Below, piece after piece: positions 59,439 to 64,000 of a stretch of DNA of 64,000 bases. Source of the DNA: an uncultured bacterium (GTDB lineage Bacteria; Babelota; Babeliae; Babelales; Vermiphilaceae). The stretch is taken from NCBI GenBank assembly GCA_963707655.1, contig OY970172.1, positions 704,001-768,000 on the forward strand. The letters run 5' to 3'. Under the pieces are notes generated by a model. It did no database searches, had not been told where the DNA came from, and saw nothing but the letters and a program-made list of their open reading frames with translations. The stretch's first letter is position 1, and each line of letters starts with the position of its first letter. A program made the translations under genes and the position numbers.

Positions 59439-59933
59439 TCAGATTACGTGCCAGGAACCATCATAACGATATTTGCGTAAAAAAGAAATGTGCCCCACCC
59501 CGCTGGTAAGGGCATAGAGCGATTTTTTATTAACATCAACCAAGTAGACGGTGCCCGCCTGTATAGTGCCGTCGGCATAAAAAATAATGTGATCATTTTC
59601 AAAAGATAGCTGCTTGCCGATCGGCGCATGGGGTGATGATGGGGGTCCCTGAACTCCCGGTATAAAACCGTAACAAACTCTGCTGTTGAGCTGTTGTGTC
59701 CCGTCATCATAAGCGTATGATTTTCTACCGACATCAAAGCGCAAAACCTGCTTAGTTTGACTGCTCAATGCCTTCTGCTGTAAATACATGCACACGGTAT
59801 ACAGTTTTTCTATATCGGCCCGCACCATGAGCCCGTAAAATGAGCGGAGATTGCACAGCCCCAGGCCCGCTATCAAGGTAATGAGCGCAAGTACCACCAA
59901 TGCCTCGATAAGAGAAAAACCCTTATTTTTCAT
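59439..59933 (-). CDS. Type IV pilin/pseudopilin (GspH/FimT-like)
   Basis: Prepilin cleavage motif KG/FSLIEALVVLALI; C-terminal I.FYADG. Confidence 0.85.
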   Translation of the reverse strand: MKNKGFSLIEALVVLALITLIAGLGLCNLRSFYGLMVRADIEKLYTVCMYLQQKALSSQTKQVLRFDVGRKSYAYDDGTQQLNSRVCYGFIPGVQGPPSSPHAPIGKQLSFENDHIIFYADGTIQAGTVYLVDVNKKSLYALTSGVGHISFLRKYRYDGSWHVI

Positions 59934-60042
59934 ATCTTCTTCTTTTTAATTTTTAAGATACAAAAGAGGCGGCTGGTTTGTATAGAATCGGTTTTTGAGT
60001 GCGATAGAGGAGAACAGATATAGCTATTACGTTATTAATCTC

Positions 60043-60447
60043 TCAGAGCCTGTTGTTATTATTGCCGTAGGGATTGCGGAACTTGAGGAACATTACCTGC
60101 GCTTCCGGCCTTACGCCGAGCACTATATCACCCTGCCTCACCATTTGATTGTGGCGCTCAATAATGTGACGCTGCCAGTCAATAACTTCTTCTCTGTGAA
60201 TAATAGTTTTTTGCTGCAAGGCAATAGTTTGTTTCAAATTGGCGATTCTTTGGTGAACCGTTCTAATCCATATTGCGCCCAAGACTCCGCCCAAGGCCAC
60301 CAAATATATCCCTGTAGCCAATGGAACATATTTTTTGAACCATTCAGATTTGCTCGCTGTTTGTTCACCGCCATGCAATCCAGTCAGCGGTGTGAATAAA
60401 ATCGCAAGCGCCAGCGTTATTTTTATACTATTAGCTCTTATTTCCAT
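60043..60447 (-). CDS. Hypothetical protein with signal peptide, TM and coiled coil
   Basis: RBS GAGG, hydrophobic N-terminus and central TM. Confidence 0.6.
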   Translation of the reverse strand: MEIRANSIKITLALAILFTPLTGLHGGEQTASKSEWFKKYVPLATGIYLVALGGVLGAIWIRTVHQRIANLKQTIALQQKTIIHREEVIDWQRHIIERHNQMVRQGDIVLGVRPEAQVMFLKFRNPYGNNNNRL

Positions 60448-60661
60448 AGTAACCTCGTTTCTTTATCTTATGGCAGCAGAACGTGCATAATTGCCATAAT
60501 AATTTTCTGATATTTCTATTATGCATCATAATAGAAATATTTCAAACAGAAAAATCGCATAAAAAGGACAGTTTAGCGCTTAAAAAATCTGAACATTTGG
60601 CACTGCCTCCCGGCTACCTGCGTGAATGGATGTCTATTGGCGCATATCTTAAAACAGCCGC

Positions 60662-62373
60662 TTACTCTGCCAAATCTTGCTCAATAGTGGCAACAGCAAG
60701 AACTTCATCTATCGTGGTTAATCCCTGCTTGATTTTACGCAAACCGTCCTGCACCAAGAGAATCATGCCATCGGCAACTGCCTGGCGACGCAAACGAGCA
60801 GTATCGGCGCGCTCGATAGTCAGTTTGGCGATCTCACTGGTCATGCTCATTAATTCAAATATTGCAATGCGCCCCTTGTATCCCGTGTTTAAGCAGACTT
60901 CGCAGCCAACAGGAGCATAGAAAGTGATATCTTTTGCTTCTTGCGCAGTTAGCCCTATGCTCTCCAAAATTTCTTTAGAAGGTTGATATGGTTTTTTGCA
61001 GGCTTCACACAATTTGCGCACCAAGCGCTGTGCCATTGCCAAGTGTATTGAAGAAGCAATCAAAATGGCTCAACTCCCATATCAATAAGACGCGTAATGG
61101 TTGCCGGCGCACTATTGGTATGCAACGTACTGAGCACCAAGTGTCCGGTAAGCGCTGATTGAATAGCAATCTGAGCAGTTTCTGCATCACGCGTTTCACC
61201 GATCATGATAATATCAGGATCTTGACGCAAAATAGAACGCAATGCTGCAGCAAAGGTGAGCCCTATTTTTTCTTTAACCTGCACTTGACCAATACCGGGC
61301 ATCTGATACTCAACCGGATCTTCAACAGTAATAATATTTACTTCAGGAGTATTCAATTCACTCAAAATAGAATAGAGGGTAGTCGTTTTACCCGATCCGG
61401 TTGGACCGGTGATATAAATAATACCGTTGGGTTTTTGAATATTTTCTTCAAGTACTTTATAATCGCGCTGCGCTAAAATCCAGATCTTTAAGTTTTGCAA
61501 AGCTGCGTGTTTTATCAAGAAGACGCATAACCACCCGCTCACCAAACACTACCGGTAAAATAGAAACACGAATATCAATCGCCTTTCCGGCAACTTTAAG
61601 ATCGATTCTGCCCATCTTGCGGAATACGCTTTTCTGCAATATTTAAGATTGGCCATAATTTTAATACGAGAAATTAATGCACCTTGAATCCGTTTTGGTG
61701 GCGTCATGACAGGATACAAAACCCCATCAATACGATAGCGGACACTCAATTCTTTTTCAAAAGGCTCAATATGAATATCAGAAGCCCCTCGTTTTGCCGC
61801 CTGAAACAGAATATGGTTCACCAATTTAATGATGGGCGCTTCAGTTGCCATGGCCATAATATCTTTTTCTTCTATCTGGCTGAATTCAACATCTTTGAGC
61901 TCTTTGTCTTCCTCTTCTTCAAGCTCGGCAATAACCTGGCCGGCCCCCTGAATAGGATAATAGCGATTAATTGCTTCGGTAATTACCGGCTCGCTGGCAA
62001 CCATGTAGCGTGCCGAGCCGCCAAGCAAAACATTTAATTCATCAAGCGGTTGAAACTTAATAGGGTTGGCCGTGGCAATCACGAGCTTGCCGTCAATCAT
62101 GAGAGGCATTACTACGTTATCGCGCAAAAATTTAAGCGGCACTTTGGCAAGAAGAGTGAGATCTGCCATTCCATCAGTAATTTTATCTAAGTAGCCAAGA
62201 GATGCAAAATGCGCATATGCCTGGGCCAACTGAGCAGAAGTAAGCGCTTTTTTTTCAACCAAATACGCTTCAACACTCGCCGCGCCCGATGCAACGGCCT
62301 GCTCGGCTTCTTGTAATTGAGCAGGAGTAATTATGTTTTCATCAATAAGGAGTTGGCCGATAGTCTTTTTCAT
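60662..62373 (-). CDS. Full-length PilB/GspE ATPase (frameshifted into several ORFs in this sequence)
   Basis: [15 protein letters not shown] MshEN-like start, [43 protein letters not shown]. Confidence 0.9.
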
Positions 62374-62556
62374 AATAACTCCGCTTAGTACATACCTAAT
62401 TCATATTATATAGTCTCTATCTTAGCAAAAAATTAATATTCTGAGATAGAGCTCCATTGGCATGATGCTAAAAATCTAGTATGTTTTAATATATATTATG
62501 TCATCGTAACTTAAATTAAGTATAGGTATATATAAATACCCAAGCAAGGAATATCC

Positions 62557-63471
62557 ATGCATTTCTCCCGCACATGTTCCATTCTCATTATTAGCGGCCT
62601 ATTATGTATCCTTAACAGTAAAGCCCTGCCCGGCTCTGGCTACTTGTGGTCCCACAAACACAAAGAGGGTGATGTCAAACCATTCAGAGGGGGCAGAACC
62701 GCGCGACAGGCCTATGCCAAAACCCATGTAACCAAAACAATGCGTTATATGAACTTTCAAGAGATGGGGGAGCGCAAAAACCTGTTGGTTAGTTACAACG
62801 ACAAATACACTGCCATTAAATATGCGGAAAAAATGATTCCCCTGTGCAATGACCTACAAGAAAAAGGGAATATCATTCTTGAACTTGCCGATCTCTATTT
62901 TGATTGTGGCAACCTGAAAGATGCAGAATTGCGCTACAAAGAGTTCTATACTTTTTATCCGGGCAACACGAGCATAGAGTATGCTCACTATAAAGCTATT
63001 TTATGCAGTTTTCACACCATCTATTCCCCTGACCGAGATCAGACAAAGACCAAAGAAACGCTTGTTCTGACTACCGAATTCCTCAAAAACAACGAACAAT
63101 TTTCTACGTACCGCAAAGAAGTATTCAATGTTCATAGTCAATGTCAAAAGCAGATATTTGATAGCGAGGCTTCAATATTCCACTTCTACCTGAATCGCGA
63201 CAGCTTTAAAGCCGCACAAAAAAGGTTGGAAAAACTTGAAAAAGATTTTGTCGATGTATTGCCCGACGCCTCTATGCAGATAGCGCACTTTAAGCAAGAA
63301 TTTATTGCCAAGCAAAAAGAGCTTGGTCTTGCACCAACGCTGGAATTTAATCCTGACCACATGGTTACTTTCTCTGGACTCATGGCTGAAGAAGCGGCTG
63401 CAAAAAAAGAGAAAGAGGAACAGGCAAAAATGGCCTCAATCAACAAACAATCTATAGCTGACCGGCTTTAA
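62557..63471 (+). CDS. bamD: Outer membrane protein assembly factor BamD
   Basis: LADLYF, YP...EYA.Y, DRDQTKT, FY......AA..R TPR pattern. Confidence 0.8.
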   Translation: MHFSRTCSILIISGLLCILNSKALPGSGYLWSHKHKEGDVKPFRGGRTARQAYAKTHVTKTMRYMNFQEMGERKNLLVSYNDKYTAIKYAEKMIPLCNDLQEKGNIILELADLYFDCGNLKDAELRYKEFYTFYPGNTSIEYAHYKAILCSFHTIYSPDRDQTKTKETLVLTTEFLKNNEQFSTYRKEVFNVHSQCQKQIFDSEASIFHFYLNRDSFKAAQKRLEKLEKDFVDVLPDASMQIAHFKQEFIAKQKELGLAPTLEFNPDHMVTFSGLMAEEAAAKKEKEEQAKMASINKQSIADRL

Positions 63472-63474
63472 ACT

Positions 63475-63834
63475 ATGAGCAAACAACAAGGATTCGCGGC
63501 TGAAACTTTTGTTGCGCAATTTTTGGAAAAGAGCGGCTTTACCATTCTTGCACGCAACTATATGAGCCGCTATGGCGAAATTGATCTTATAGGCCTAAAA
63601 AGCGACATTCTTGTCTTTGTTGAGGTAAAGCAACGGACCAACAATTCCTTTGACCTCAGCGAGCTCATTACGGTGAGCAAACAAAAAAAAATTATTATTA
63701 CCGCCAAAGAATTTCTTACCAAACATCATTATGATGAAAAAATATGCCGATTTGACGTAGCGCTGCTTGAAGGGGCGCTGCCTGCACCGGTATTAACGTA
63801 TATTCCCAATGCATACACTGACGGTAACTCATGA
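63475..63834 (+). CDS. yraN: YraN-family (UPF0102) putative endonuclease
   Basis: G..AE..V..FL...G..IL.RNY..R.GEIDLI, VFVEVK.R, RFDV. Confidence 0.92.
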   Translation: MSKQQGFAAETFVAQFLEKSGFTILARNYMSRYGEIDLIGLKSDILVFVEVKQRTNNSFDLSELITVSKQKKIIITAKEFLTKHHYDEKICRFDVALLEGALPAPVLTYIPNAYTDGNS

Positions 63835-64000
63835 ACAATGTCACAAAACGGATAATAACCGGATTATTACTTTTTTTGTTACTTATCATATTTCTTTTCT
63901 ACCTGCCCCCATTTTATTTTTCAGCTGCATTGCTGCTTATGTTGGCAGAAGTTGTACTTGTTGAATGGCCAACGCTGGCCAGGACCAGCACATGGTTGTG
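63831..64000 (+). CDS. cdsA: Probable phosphatidate cytidylyltransferase, N-terminal part (3' truncated)
   Basis: Manual translation MNNVTKRIITGLLLFLLLIIFLFYLPP...EW resembles the CdsA N-terminus; ATGA overlap with yraN. Confidence 0.55.
   Translation, partial: MNNVTKRIITGLLLFLLLIIFLFYLPPFYFSAALLLMLAEVVLVEWPTLARTSTWL

Overview
AT-rich bacterial chromosomal window. Gene content (ankyrin protein, many orphan signal-peptide proteins, cPLA2-like lipase, Bat operon, PilB/GspE ATPases, TamB, BamD, Skp) suggests a diderm intracellular parasite of protists, most likely Candidatus Babeliae (Dependentiae/TM6); this assignment is an inference. Housekeeping blocks: zwf-gnd-cyclase, prs-pth, skp, Atm1-type ABC exporter, sufCBDS, HU, two lepB, batABCDE, plsC, topA, mgtE, rluD-like, bamD-yraN-cdsA, and four tRNAs (Leu-TAA, Cys-GCA, Glu-TTC, Lys-TTT). 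The standout is a tandem trio of secreted proteins (21791-26060) built from 11 copies of an ~81-86 aa double-zinc-finger module. The module has a near-invariant linker and hypervariable recognition-helix positions, and the proteins end in acidic activation-domain-like tails, making them candidate TALE-analogous modular nucleic-acid-binding effectors. Other notable items: a Met (often Met-Asp/Glu) at +1 after the predicted signal peptide in most orphan secreted proteins; a six-member orphan secreted family with duplication fossils; a 53-bp direct repeat bracketing a 6-kb accessory block that holds a glycine-rich passenger/FN3 plus beta-barrel pair; structured repeats in tRNA 3' trailers; a possible -1 frameshift in an M23 gene; and a candidate stand-alone sRNA. 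Several genes, including topA and HU, carry frameshifts that are probably assembly indel errors.
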